Shown in pieces: positions 24,351 to 37,640 of a stretch of DNA of 64,000 nt (position 1 is the first letter of the stretch; each line of letters opens with the position of its first letter). The notes under the pieces were generated by a model. It was not told the DNA's origin. It saw only the letters and a list, made by a program, of their open reading frames with translations, and did not search any database. Source of the DNA: Geosiphon pyriformis uo1 (taxonomy: Eukaryota; Fungi; Glomeromycota); contig JAAOMT010000664.1 of NCBI GenBank assembly GCA_016748015.1, positions 566,715 through 630,714 of the forward strand, in the 5' to 3' direction. Made by a program: the position numbers and the translations under genes.

Positions 24351-25850
24351 CTATCTGTTGTTCATTATTATTTTTTATTTTCTGTTAAATTTATAATTAT
24401 GTTTTTTTATAAGATAATTTTATATTTAAGTTTTTAGAAAATTTTTTTTTTAAGTAATTAATTATTTAAAAAAAGACTCAAAAATAAAATAATTTGCACA
24501 AAATTTTTTTTCAAATACTATTTTATATGAAGAAAAGCCAGTAATAATAAAAACTTCTGTGTTAATTGTATATAAATATAAAAATAAATTAGTAATTATT
24601 TAGATAAATTAAATAATATAAAAATTATGCTTTTATATATTATTTAATAAAGTTTATATAACCAATTATTAATTTTTTTATCTTTTATTCATTTTAAAGG
24701 CTTTTATTAAAATATATTATTAGTTTGTTTAATTAATTCTTAAGATTGAAAATATTTTAAGTGTTTATTTATAATATAAATAGTTGGCCAAAATTCTGTT
24801 AAATTTTTAATTATATTTGTTGTAAACTTTTTTTTATTATCAGTTTGCAGAATAATTAAAAACCTAAATATAGTAAAAAGTTCAAAAAAAAAGCTTGATA
24901 TTTTTAGAAAGAAAAACAATAGTTCAAAAAAAACTTTATAAAATAATCTTAAACATAACAAATATATTTGTAAAAATTATCTGGCTAATTATACATATTA
25001 ATTAAGTCTATTTATAAACAACACATAAAATTTTTTGTTAAAATTGGCTTTGTAACTACTAATTAAGCCAATAATTATTATATAATATACTTGAAACAGT
25101 ATATGCAAAATTGCTTTATTAAATCTTTAGAAATCCAAACATATTTATTTTTGATCTATAAATTAAAAATTAATATTTTTTATTTAAATAAATAACTTTA
25201 AATTAATATTACTTACTTATTGCTTTGTATATTTTGTTTATTTTATTATGTTCAATTTTTAAATAAAATTTACAAAGCTTTTCATATAGCTTTTCTTTTA
25301 AACATACTGGTTTTTTCATTTTTTTGTGACAAAGTATATATTTGTTTTTAATTAGACCAACATAAAAAGTGGTTTATATTCAATACTTTAATTTAGTATT
25401 ATAATTTTTTGTGTTTTTATTGTTTTCTAATATCTTAATATATTGGTTTATATAATCTTGAAAAAATAAAGTTTTGGCCTATCTCTTTACATTTTTGGCT
25501 AATAAATATTTTTCAAGAAGCTCAGAAAATGTTTTTTGAATAAGCCATTCATAATTAATAGGATGTTGAGAGATCATATTATACATACAGTATAACGATA
25601 ACTAAAAGCGCGTCAAATATCAATTATTTGATTGATAAAAGGAATTTTTTTATTGGTGAATATCATAAAGAATATGATTGGTTGTGTTGAATTGAGGATT
25701 CTAAACTAACTCAAGTTGGAATAGAATCCCAAATCAACTTGAGTTGATTCCGAATCAACTCAAATCCCGTTCCAACTCATGACATCAATACTGTAAACCA
25801 GTGACGCGTTTTAAAGTTCGAAAAATTCTTAGTTTACGCAGCAACACAGT

Positions 25851-28120
25851 ATGAATGATAATAGTGAACACCCGGCAGTAACACGTTTCCGAGAATATCT
25901 CCGCATCAAGACTGTTCAGCCAAACCCAGACTATGTCTCTTGCACTGAGTTCTTGTTAAGACAAGCAAAAGAGGTCGGATTGCCAGCAAAAGTTTTGGAG
26001 GTATCTTCATTAGAAAAACACGTCTTGTCTTAACTATCTACTAAGTGTTAAATTAGAAAATAAATTTTTGACCCGCTTCAACGTTGTGGTAATGTAGTAC
26101 GTGCCGGGCAAACCAATAGTATTACTTAGTTGGGAAGGACGTGAACCAAAGTTGCCTTCAATATTATTAAATTCCCACACTGATGTAGTGCCGGTATTCG
26201 AGGTATTTATAACCCTCGCAATTTTCATTGTCGTTGAAGTTTTACATGTAGCAATTTATTGAAGATCAATGAAAAAGCTGAATACGGAATCCATCTCTTC
26301 GATGACCAATTCCAAAAGTCTGATGGCTTTAATGTAATTTGTGCAGGATATTTTTGGACTTTAAAGAAATCATACCTTTATCAAAAAAACAGAGTCATCG
26401 AATTGTTTTGGAAATTACATGAATTCGCGTGATTTCCCAAAAACTTCGAGATTCAACAAAAAGCCTCGAAAATCGAATGATTGATTACGACCTGAAAACC
26501 TGTCTTTAGTCTTCTTAATTGAGTTGATTAGCAATAGAAATAAGTATTTACATATGAATTTACATAATAACCAGGAAAACTGGATTGGTGATCCCTTTGA
26601 GGCAAAGAAACTTGAGAATGGAGATATTCTTGCCAGAGGTGCTCAGGATATGAAATGTGTGGGTACCAGTTATCTCGAGGCTATCCGGAATCTCAAATCC
26701 AAAGGCAAAGAACCTTTGCGAACAATTCATCTTTCATTTGTCCCTGGTAAATTTATTCACATAAAATTCAAAACGTATGTCATTATAATTTTAATTTAAA
26801 AAAAATGTTTCTGAAGATGAAGAAATCGGCGGTAAAGATGGGATGGGTGAATTTGTAAAGTCAGAGCAATTTAAAATTCTCAATATTGGCTTCGCATTGG
26901 ATGAGGGGATTGCCAATCCGAATAACGCATTAAAGGTTTTTTATGGAGAGCGTGCTGTATGGTGGATCAATGTAATTGCTAGAGGGAATACCGGACATGG
27001 TTCACAATTCATTCAAAATACGGCGACATCAAAGCTAGTGAGCATTTCCTTGGTTGAATATGTTTGATTTCATGAATCACCCATTTTTTGATATCAATTG
27101 GATTTTTAGCATCGAATTATTGATCGATTCATGAAACTTCGAGACTCTCAAGAACGACAATTAGAAATTAGTTTGCACCCCGACGGTCGGAAGTATAGTC
27201 TTGGAGACGTTACTACGGTTAATCTAACTAAATTAAAAGTAATTACAATTTCAATAATTTACATTCTTTCTTGATTTGGATAGTAATTGTTTGAAAATCC
27301 TTGATAGGCTGGTGTTCAACATAATGTTATCCCGCAAGAAGCAAAAGCCGGTTTTGATATACGTGTGTCACCGTACTACGATTTCAAAAAATTCAAAAAT
27401 ATTGTGGAGGGATTTGTGTATGCCGAATCAGAGTGAGGCTTTATTCATATCTACGCCCTGCTACGACTTCATTATTCTCACAAATTCCCTAATTATTCAG
27501 TTTCTTATGAAGTACTGAAATAGAATACATACAATATGGCTCTAATGCTGCAATAACCCCCATTGACGAAACCAACCCTTGGTGGATAGCTTTTCGTGGA
27601 TTTGTTGATAAAAAGTAAGTACAACCACAATTCTCATTACTAGGCTATCATTCAAAATTCAATTACAACATGTCGACGCTTGCATCGACGTGGTATAATT
27701 GAATAGTCTTCGGAAGTGAGGCTTGGCATCATCAGCTTAATAGATTAAGAGGACGGTATCTAACACGGAATTTAGGATAAAAATTGATTTATTACATTCT
27801 TGATCTCCTAATACTATAATCACTCCCGAAAACTAAGCATCTTTTAAAATCTTTAAGAGGCATGTGGATTTTTGCAATTTCTAATCTTACATTTACAACA
27901 AAACAGGAAACTTATCATAGAGCCAGAAATTTTCCCGGCCGCCACCGATTCCCGATATCTACGCGAAATCGGAATTCCAGCGCTAGGTGTTTCCTACCTA
28001 AAAAATACGCCGGTTTTGTTACATGATCATAATGAGCGGCTTAACGAAAAAGTCTACTTGGAAGGGTTGGAATTCTATACTGAATTGATCGATATTTTGG
28101 CGAATGTGAAGAACACTTAG
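25851..28120 (+). CDS. ACY1: Aminoacylase-1 (M20A peptidase), 8 exons: 25851-26000, 26098-26202, 26575-26746, 26817-27037, 27110-27238, 27308-27432, 27513-27614, 27907-28120
   Basis: Motifs [68 protein letters not shown] introns keep the frame. Confidence 0.95.
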
Positions 28121-28648
28121 TTTCATTGAATTTTTGGCAATCAAGGAATTAATTAGTTCTTCCTAAACTCTAAATTCTTTATAAAATGGACAAGTTTAGA
28201 AAGGATGAAGTAATTTTATTTATAAAATTTTAGTTGACTATTTACTTTGTTGAGGAAAATTTACAATAAAGGAAAAGGAATTTGCGGGGGGAATCGTGAA
28301 GTCGGAATCAAAATTAATGTGTTGATAATAAGGTGAAAGGTAAAATGTAGTTTGTTTAAAAGGCAGGAGAAATGTACAGTGTATAAGATTTTGGTGTATG
28401 TAAACAACAATAAAAATTAAAAAAAAAACTCTAAATTAATACGTTAATTATTATCAGATGCGCAACAAAAGTTGATAATTGCATTTTCTATTTTGTCACC
28501 ACAAATGGAGAATGCAATTATCAACTGCTGCCCATCTGTCAATATGATAGTTACGATTAGACCAAAAAAGTGTTCATTGCACATGCTGTTGCATATCATA
28601 TTCCATTAGACAGCCCATCCAAGTAGATATTTGACTTCGCGGCATTTT

Positions 28649-31600
28649 TTATATTTTTAGCGGCGGAAGGCCCTTAAAAAGTGCAATATGTATTACAAAT
28701 ATGATTACCCGATTTTAATGGAGAATGAGAACCGTGATCAACACACCACCAGCAAGAATCAAAGAACCTATACTAAAAAAAATCCCTTACATTTTTTCCG
28801 AAGAATTTCTCTATATCCTCGTTTGACCCATCAGGATATACCGATTTTATGTCAAAATTAGTTTCTTTAATTTTCCGCTCATAAGCTTCTTCGCCCTGAA
28901 AAAACAGCAGTGTTAATATTTCAAATATTAAATTTATGGCACAAAAACCACTGACCAATTCACTCCTGAGCTCTTTAAGATATACCGCTACCACCTTGGC
29001 TGAGGGTGGTTCATATCCAGAATTATCTAAACTTCGTAGTACCTCTGGCACATCTTTTAAATCTATTTGTGCACCATGCATTAATTGTCCAGTAAAAGTA
29101 TATGCGTGTGGAACATCAGGTGCAAGTTCCTCTATTTCGGGCATGGAATCGGCAAAAGCCTTTATAAATTCGGTAGAAATAATGTCCTCAGAAGAAAGTT
29201 GTCTAAATAACTTCATAACACTGTCCACTTCACGTTGTTTCTTCTCTATCGCTGATATTATAAAACGTTGAATTCCATTTGAGCGATATTGTTGAGGTAA
29301 CTCATTAAGGCAAAGCGAAACCTCCTTTTTAGGTACAAAGTAAAGAAAGAGATGTTATGATCAAAGAGAGTGAAAACTTTTGTACAAAATAGATAAAACG
29401 TACTTACCGCCACATCCAATACAGACCAATATTCTGCAATCATCGAGTCAATTTTCTTTTCTGATTCCTCCTTGGTCATAGTTGAGGTTGCCGGAACAGA
29501 CGTAGTAGCGTTAGGTTCAGGTGAACTTTCTTTTATTGACGTCTCTGGCATTTTTATGGGGGTACTGACTGTCGACCCCCTAGGTAATAACGTTAATCTT
29601 TTTCGTTCCCCAGAGGTAGAAGCTGTAGCTGCAGGCGCGGTAGGCGCTTTTTGATTTTCATTAGATGTGGAAACATCAAGGCTCTTGCGTCCTTCAGAAT
29701 GATCGGCATGTATCAAAAGACTATATGTGTTGTTGGTATTCGTCGGAAGTGCCGGATTCGTACGAGAAGTATTAGCACCTTTATCGCTGCTGTCTCGGCT
29801 TTCAGACTTCCAACCCCTGGACCCACCTCCCAATCCGCTTACGGGAGCTAAGCTAACATTAGATGTTGTTTTGCTTCGAGATAATGATCCAAATTTGGAT
29901 AAATCACCAGTTTTTCGTGATGATGATGATGTTCCACCAACTGTACTCCACCCATCAGCATTGTTTGATGGAGCGATACCGCCGCCATGTGGAATTCCTT
30001 TGTTGTCACGACGACCAGATCCGCCACGCGATAATTGGTCGTTCATGCGTGGAAGTCCTTGAAAATATAACAAGATTTATCATTGAAGTGTTCACAGGCG
30101 ACTAATTCCAGAGTTAAAAAACGTACCACGTCCACCGCTGCTTGCCGTTCTCCTCGAGAAATCATCTGCTTCTTTTTGTTTTGCCACCTAGAAAAAGCAA
30201 ATGCTTAATAAAAATTTAAAATAATTAGGAATGTGTATTATAAAAGTCCACATACGTCCTCGTGAATTTGTGCGATAGTTTTAGGTGCATTGATATCACG
30301 CCTTGGGACCCAATTATTGCTTCGTAGGTCAATCACGTCCTAGAAACATTCTTTTGTGTTTAGCACAGGTGTTACAAGGCTTTAGCAACAAACCAAAAAT
30401 CATCATTCTAAAAGCTTACAAGCAACATGAACCTGATTCGATTATTTATTTGAAGCGTTTTATCTGCCATGCTTTGCATGCGATTAAAATAAGCGTCCAT
30501 ATGATCTTTTGCCTTTGGCTCATCAAGTTGCTTGCCCACTGTTGTTAACAATTTGCATAGACTTTCAGTTTCTTCCTCTTCGGGTGGATGATTGGTCAAC
30601 AATTTCTTTATGCACTCATGCATGATACGTTCGGTAAGCATATTTAACTTGAATAGCTCGCCAATAAATTTGATGAGCCCAAGTCCTATTCGCTTGGCTT
30701 TTGCTGCTGCGTAATACTCATCAGATAAAAGATCTGGTTCGCCTTTCTCATTAGAAGGAACGGGAATATTGATCTTCCAACCCTTTTCGAAATCTTCTTG
30801 GCATCTGTTGAGTAGGTATTTTCTGAAAAAATAAATAAATAACAGCATGAGCATTGCTTTAAGACATCTAAGGACTGGTGATTGCGAGAGATTGATTTAC
30901 CTAAATAAGGTACCTCCTTGGACGTATTTTCCTTCGGTATTCTTAACATTCTCTTCCACGATTTCCTGATCAATATGCTCCATCATTTTCCGGCATAATC
31001 TGGCGTACATTTGACTAAAGTTTGATTCATCGCATGCCTTTAAAAAGGTAAGCTTAATAACCTCTTTTAGAATACGCCCGTCAGTCTCATATTTAGATTT
31101 ATTAGCGTATTCTATTATCTGGTCCGAGATGCTTTCGAATTTTTCAAGCGTAAGTTTGTTTAAGAGCCCTTTTACTCTCCTCTGGACATTTTCAATGGGA
31201 ATAACTTCATCGGATGATTTTGACGAAGGTACTATAAGAGCGGTTTGAGGAACCCATCGGTTTTCAGATTGTTCGAGAGGGGCCACTTGATCCTGTGGTA
31301 TAGTGGGCGCACCAGGCTGTGAATGTTGTGGTTTACGTCCGTTTCGACGCCCGCTCGGCGGTCTTCCTGGACTCGATGGTGGGTTATTATTAAGAGCCAT
31401 GATATTATTACTGGGCGGCAAATTAGCATTTGCACTATTTGCACGAGGCCCTAAAGTATTTCGTCCGGAATAAGCATTATTTGGACGACTGAGGTTTATC
31501 GTGGCCTGTATGAAGCGCTCATCACTTGTTTTTGGAGGGGATTTGAACTCGTTCATATTAGTGTATTGGGATTGTGCAGCGCTTCCTTTATGTTGAGTGC

Positions 31601-34600
31601 GAGTGTTGCTAGGACCACCACCTCCAGTACCACTACGTTGTGCAGTTTTTCTCTTATCGTCTTTAGGCTCTTCCATTCCAATAGCGTCTAATGCTGGGAG
31701 ATTATCGGGTTTTTCTTTGCAAACCCCCATGAATTGCATTAAGAAACTGCGGTCATATTTAAATTTTCCAGGTTCTGCGTTTTCATTGAGTTGAGGATTG
31801 GGTGATCTAATATTAGGCGGGTATTGAACGGAACTTAGGTCATCAATGATGCGGGCACTTCCCAGAGCACTTAAAGGAGCGCTTCCTAAGGCAGGCGTAT
31901 TGGTTGTCCTAGACAAATCCAATGGGCCAGGGCGGTGACCCTTTCCATACTTTTTCTCATCTTTCTTTTCGGTTAATTCAGCTTCAGATTTTGCTTTAGT
32001 GAAACATTCTTGCTCCAAACGTTCTTTTTCTGCTTGCTCCTTTTGAGCCTTATCTTCTTGCTCCTTTCGCGCTTTTTCTTCGCGCTCTTTTCTTTCGCTT
32101 TCTTCCCGTTCCTTTCTTTCGCGTTCTTCCTGTTCCTCTTTCTCTCGTTTTTTGCGAGCTTCTTCAGCAGCGATACGTTCAGCCTCTTCTCGTTTTTTGC
32201 GCTCGATTTCCTCCTTTACTCGACGCGCTTCTTCCTCTCTTTCTAACCGTTCTCGCTCTTCACGTTCCTCTTGTTCTTTACGTATTCGTTCCTCTTCTTC
32301 CTTACGTATTCGTTCCTCTTCTTCCTTACGTAAACGTTCTTCTTCTTCCTTACGTAACCGTTCTTCTTCTTCCTTACGTATTCGTTCCTCTTCTTCCTTA
32401 CGTATTCGTTCCTCTTCTTCCTTACGTAAACGTTCTTCTTCTTCCTTACGTAACCGTTCTTCTTCTTCTCCTTACGTATTCGTTCCTCTTCTTCCTTACG
32501 TATTCGTTCCTCTTCTTCCTTACGTAAACGTTCTTCTTCTTCCTTACGTAACCGTTCTTCTTCTTCTTCCTTACGTAAACGTTCTTCCTCTTCTTCCTTA
32601 CGTAAACGTTCCTCTTCTTCCTTACGTTGCTTTTCCTTGCGCTCGAGCTCTTCTTGCTCTTTTCTGAGGCGCTCTTCTTCCTCTTTTTTTTCACGTTCTG
32701 CCTTTTCGTATGCCTCCCGTTCCCTTTCCTTCTCTGCCTGTTCCTTGCGTTCTTCTTCTTCTTCCCTTTCTCTTCTTTCCCGCTCTTCTTTATCCTTTTC
32801 AGCAGGATCCACAATTTTAACCGCCTTTGATTCTTGTTTTTCTAAGGCTTGTTTTTCTTTCTCCTTATCAACGTCAAGGATTTTCTTGTCTATAACAACA
32901 ACAGGAGAAGAGGGTTCCTCCTTTTTAGATGTGAAAGTTTTAGGCATAAGCTCAGGTTTTTTAGTGTTCGGGTTTATTATGGGAATTGCCTTGCTTTTGT
33001 TAGGCGAGGCGACAGGAGGAACAGGGGCAGAATGACTCGGATGAGGAGGTGCCATGCCATGAACAGGAACAGGAATGCGTTGTGGCATTGTGTATTGAGG
33101 TGCCATATAGTAGGGATAGTGCGAATGATGCTGACTCATATAATAATAATCCTAGTCAGATAGGTTCTGTCATTGTTAAGAACAAGTATATTTAGAGAAA
33201 AAAATTAACGAGAATTCGACAAAAATAACATACCGAGGCACGAGGAAACGGAGGCCAAGGTATCTGAGCAGGAATCATTGGGCCTATTGAAGGGTGTTGT
33301 CCAGACATTGGCAACGCTGCTGCATTTTGTAGAGATGCTGTGGCCGGGTTCAAATGAGGAGAATGAGGTATGTGACCAGGAGGTATATTTTTTTCTCTGG
33401 GTTGTCTACCACTTGAATATTGACCAGATATTCCTTGTCCTGGTGTAGAACTCGGAGTCATGCCAGTTGCTTGTTTAGGATGTGGATGCTGCCGAGATTG
33501 ATGATGAGATGATGTGTAATGATTGTGATTATGTTGATTGTTATGATTATGATTCGAATGATGGGGCTGTGGATGTGGAAGCGGATGTGGATGATGTGGT
33601 TGGGATTGTGGAGCATCGTTTGACAAGACATTTGACGAAATTGAATCTTTACGATTAGGTGTCAATTCGTGTGCAGGATGTATTGTATGTTGTCGGGGAG
33701 GGGTATTTGTTGATTGCTGTGAATGAGATGCGGGAATATTATTCGTTAATGGCTGTTGTTGGTTAACAACAGTAGTAATTGGCAACTGATTGCTTATTGT
33801 TACAAGGGGAGGAATAGGTTGATGGCTGGTAGGTTGAGCAGAAACCTTTGATGATTGCTTTGATTCAGACAATATTATTTGTGGTGACGTTGACTGAAGA
33901 GTTTTTTGTGAATCTTGAAATCGTACAGCTGCTGATCGTTCAGGACCAGAAACGGTTGATTGAGCACCAATTGGGGTTGGTTGTATTGGAATAGGTTGAG
34001 CCTTGATAATTGTTTTCGAATGAAAATTTTGAATTGATTTAAAATTATGAGCAATGTGAATTGAATTTGCGATCCGATTTGAAATATTAGCAATAATTAC
34101 GAGAAAAGGTTCGGATCGAGCCATCTATTATTAACAAGCAATTAATTTACGCACCAGCTCTGGACTTGTACCAGGAATAACAGAACCAAAAATTGTAGTC
34201 GCACTTTTTGGAAATTGGGATGGAACCTTGCCACCAGATACAGTATTATAAGCTGCTTGAACGGGAGAGGAGGAAAGAGGTACGTTTGATGGTTGCTGAT
34301 TAATTGACCCAAATTGTATAGGAGGGGTTGTTGCAGGTATGGATGCTGTAAGGTAAATTTTCAAGTTAGAAAGGTTGTAATTTTTAATGATTTCATTATT
34401 TATTTACTCTCGTATTTAAGATTTTCGAGAATAGGTGGCAAGCCACTGTATAAACTAGGTTTGATCTTTTTAGATCTATAGTTTTAAAAATAATAATTTC
34501 AAATATTACCAGTCGAATTTATTTTGGGTATTGGGCCTTGAGTTTTAAATTGTACCGGTGCAGTACCATTTTTTAGGGTAGGTGCCTTGGTGGCAGGTAA

Positions 34601-34861
34601 AGTTCGACTGACATTACCGTTAGTTGAAGTGGAGCTCTGTTGTGGCTGTGTTTTTGATCCTAACGGCTTCCCATTGGAGGATGAGCTCGTAATAGGTAAA
34701 ATACCTCCAGGAGGGGTTGGTTGAGTTTGTTGCTGCTGCATTTGTCTTGGTTGAATCTGAGGATGTTGTGGTTGCTGTGGAGATTTTGATTTTTGCTGCG
34801 CAGCAGCTCGGGCATAATTATGTGGTCTTGATGAGTTTGTTGAGTTCGATTGACGGTTCAT
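28649..34861 (-). CDS. eIF4G: Eukaryotic translation initiation factor 4G, ~11 exons: 34861-34510, 34345-34155, 34001-33234, 33151-30901, 30822-30420, 30339-30256, 30187-30127, 30057-29408, 29324-28956, 28895-28791, 28672-28649; apparent 1-nt frameshift at ~32470
   Basis: eIF4E-binding motif YDRSFLM (YxxxxL-phi); MIF4G ([40 protein letters not shown]); C-terminal MA3-like helices. The last exon is less certain. Confidence 0.93.
32278..32627 (-). repeat. 24/27-bp coding tandem repeat (RKEEEER[L/I], ~14 copies) in eIF4G
   Basis: cgttcctcttcttccttacgta units with a higher-order L,L,I,I pattern. Confidence 0.95.
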
Positions 34862-35319
34862 GTTAACCGTTTAGAACATCAAAAAGGGTCGTCGTGAGAA
34901 GTAGCGAATTTGAAAAGGTGTATACCGTTATGTGGTGTACGTCTGTCAGCTGGATATTGACAGGAAGGAAAAATTCGATACAAAATCGAAAATAGTAGAA
35001 GGAATTGTTTATTGAAGTAAACTCCCTTTTTATATAATATCGTCAGATTTTTCATCGATACTGACACAGAAGCGGATACACTCAAAGTACATTGTGACGT
35101 CATAATATTACAATTATGAATTGCTAATAGACTAACATCAGTGCTATTAAACGGAGATGATCAAAAGTTGTTGGCAGCTTGTAGATCGATGCTGCGGTGG
35201 AGTTTAAGCGAAGTTTTAGTAGGGTAGATATTTGAAAAAAAAAAAAAAAAAACTTTTTTGTCAGCAGAAAATAATAAGGATCTCAGATTCTCGGTGTTAT
35301 CTGTCACAGACGACAACGT

Positions 35320-35354
<35 letters not shown>

Positions 35355-35542
35355 GAGAAGTAAAATTTTGCCCAAGTTTTTTTTCACTGGCTGCAAATGC
35401 AAAGAATTCATCAAGATTGACACGTGGGAAATTCATTACTGCAACCTAAAAATCATTATTAGTGAACTTACGACAGAGTATCGTAAATGCTCACACTGTT
35501 CAAAGTTTATTAAAAAGTGAAAGTGAGGAATGTGATTTTCAA
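34862..35542. promoter_or_regulatory. Short divergent intergenic/promoter region shared by eIF4G and the RING ligase
   Basis: Head-to-head start codons ~680 bp apart. Contains TGACGTCA (~35095), CACGTG (~35420) and a (TAA)n tract at 35321-35351. Confidence 0.55.
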
Positions 35543-36953
35543 ATGAACGGCACTGAAAAATTACAAGAATCTTCTGGTGAAGTTCAGCGTAGAACATGTG
35601 TTTCGGATGATTCGCAAATTGGTTTAACAAATAGTCCTGAAACAGAAGAAATATTTATAGAAAACTCTCAAGATACTAGTGATATAAGAGAACAAGAAGC
35701 TTTGGAAACCATAGAAGAAAACTTGGAAAAAATTAACATTGGACAAACTACAACTAAGTATAGTTTGGACCCTATTGCACTGAGACAACGCCGAGTAGAA
35801 AAATTTTCAGGACTGTCGACTTCTAGTGAAATTTCTACTGCCTCTTCTGCTATTTCCTCTGGTTTTTCAAACTCACCTGCTGCAGAAGCAAGTAGTAGTA
35901 ACAGTCAAATCAACCCCGAGATTAGTATCTCTCAAGATCATAAAATTAGTACAGATACTTCAGATTTTGAGTGTAACATTTGGTAAGTGTTTGTATAATT
36001 TATGTAAAAACATACAAAAAGAAGATATAAAACATTAATTTTATTGCTTTATCTTTTTCTTTTTCTTTGAATTTTTAGTTTTGACACCGCTTCATCACCC
36101 GTTTTAACATTATGTGGACATTTATATTGGTATATATTGAACAATTCAAACCTTCTTTTGTAATCGATTGGATAAAATTCAATTTATTAATTTATTTTTT
36201 ACTTGTCAAATATTATAAATAACCTCATAATTCGGTTTACCTAGTTGGTCTTGCCTGCATCAAGTATATTTTTTAATTCTTATCCAATATAAATATTTCT
36301 TTGGATTTATACATGAATTCTTGTTTTAAATATATATTTTTTCTTCTTATAGTGGTTAGAGGCCCAATCACAAAATCCCTTTTGTCCTGTTTGTAAGGGA
36401 GGATGTGGTAAAGATAAAGTAATACCTATTTATGGACGTGGAAAGGAACCCAAAGATCCTAGGTAATATTTTCAAAAAAGTGTTCTAAATATTCCTATTT
36501 CAATAGTTTTAAATATTCTCAAGTGTTTATTAAACGATGAAACATTTGAATTTTGAATTAATCCTCAAAATAGAATGAATTCAGATATTCCGAATCGACC
36601 ACCAGGTCAAAGACCTCAACATAGAAGAGATCAAAATCAACCCGGACCTCAATTTTTCCCAGGATCCCATTCTACTGGTTTTGGACCTCATTTTTCTGTA
36701 TCTGCTAGTGTCAGTCTTTTTCCATCCTTATTTGGCGCTGAATTTGTAAGTTAAAAAAAAAATTGTATTTTTTCTTTTTGACAAAAAGCAGTCACTAATT
36801 TTCAATAAAATGTTCTACCAAATTATACATTCATAGACTTTTCCACCAGCAACAGCGCCTGGTGATAACGTTCCCTCACCGCAACAAACTTTTTTGTCCA
36901 GATTATTTCTAATTTGTGGCTGCTTGGCAGTATTCGCCATCATTTTTCTTTAA
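35543..36953 (+). CDS. RNF5: RNF5/RNF185 (RMA1)-like C3HC4 RING E3 ligase with C-terminal membrane anchor, 6 exons: 35543-35982, 36079-36129, 36245-36263, 36353-36462, 36574-36745, 36837-36953
   Basis: Spliced product reads [31 protein letters not shown]...CPVCK...VIPIYGRG...IPNRPPGQRP, with hydrophobic tail FLSRLFLICGCLAVFAIIFL*. Confidence 0.92.
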
Positions 36954-37159
36954 CTATTCTATTTTCTATAGAATAAATCGGAAGGTTAAACTATCGGTTG
37001 TAAAAATAGCATTAATGTAATAAAAATTTGAAGTCATTAGATGAAAAAACAGAATATTCATTTTTGGAGATTATTGATGAATCAAAAACTGATCATATTT
37101 ATTACAATGATAATTACCAAAAAAATAATATAAGTTTTTAAAATAACCAATAGAAATAT

Positions 37160-37162
37160 TTA

Positions 37163-37196
<34 letters not shown>

Positions 37197-37640
37197 TATT
37201 AAAACTTTAATTTTTAACATATGATTTATAGAAAATTAGTTCTCAAAATTTTTGGTTAAATTATTATTATTATTTATATTTTATATAACAAAAATATTAA
37301 ATGCATTTAAGAGAAAAATTTATAAAAATTATATTATTTTATACAACTTATTTTTATTGAATTTTGTTTATTTTTATCAATTTAACGAGTGAAAAATAAT
37401 TTGTAGTATTACAATAATAATTTAAATTCAAAAAAATATTTATTAAAATATAAGAAATAATATTAACTTAAAAATAAAAACTGTTTTTTCAATTTTCAAT
37501 TTTTTTGCTAATTAAAACTATATATATATATATATATATATATTAATATTACTCTTTTTTTTATTAATTTTTTAATTTACTTTTTTTTGTAAGCTATTTT
37601 TTTAATACTTTATTATTATTATTATTATTATTATTATTTA
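37160..37640. repeat. AT-rich tract with (ATT)n and (TA)n microsatellites
   Basis: (att)n at ~37165-37195 and ~37610-37638; (ta)n at ~37519-37542. Confidence 0.8.

Larger units (their letters stand above)
17517..25500 (-). mobile_element. Highly decayed Ginger-type (KRBA2/SCAND3-like integrase) DNA transposon relic L, interrupted by E; boundaries approximate
   Basis: 24740-24961 reads ILQTDN(GKE)FT..IIKNLTE.WPT...IIN(GRPRHP)QS. 17482-17667 reads QIKI(P)KI(DR)SN....(P)CK......Y(R)L(GC)K, typical of the KRBA2-like core and C-terminus. No terminal repeats resolved. Confidence 0.62.

Noticed and set aside
32010-33163. Plus-strand Ser/Arg/Phe-rich ORFs (e.g. 32152-32667, 32637-33035)
   Set aside because: Antisense shadows of the eIF4G Glu/Arg/Lys repeat.
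35161-35436. ORF with a poly-Tyr run
   Set aside because: Translation of a (TAA)n microsatellite and an A-tract in an intergenic region.
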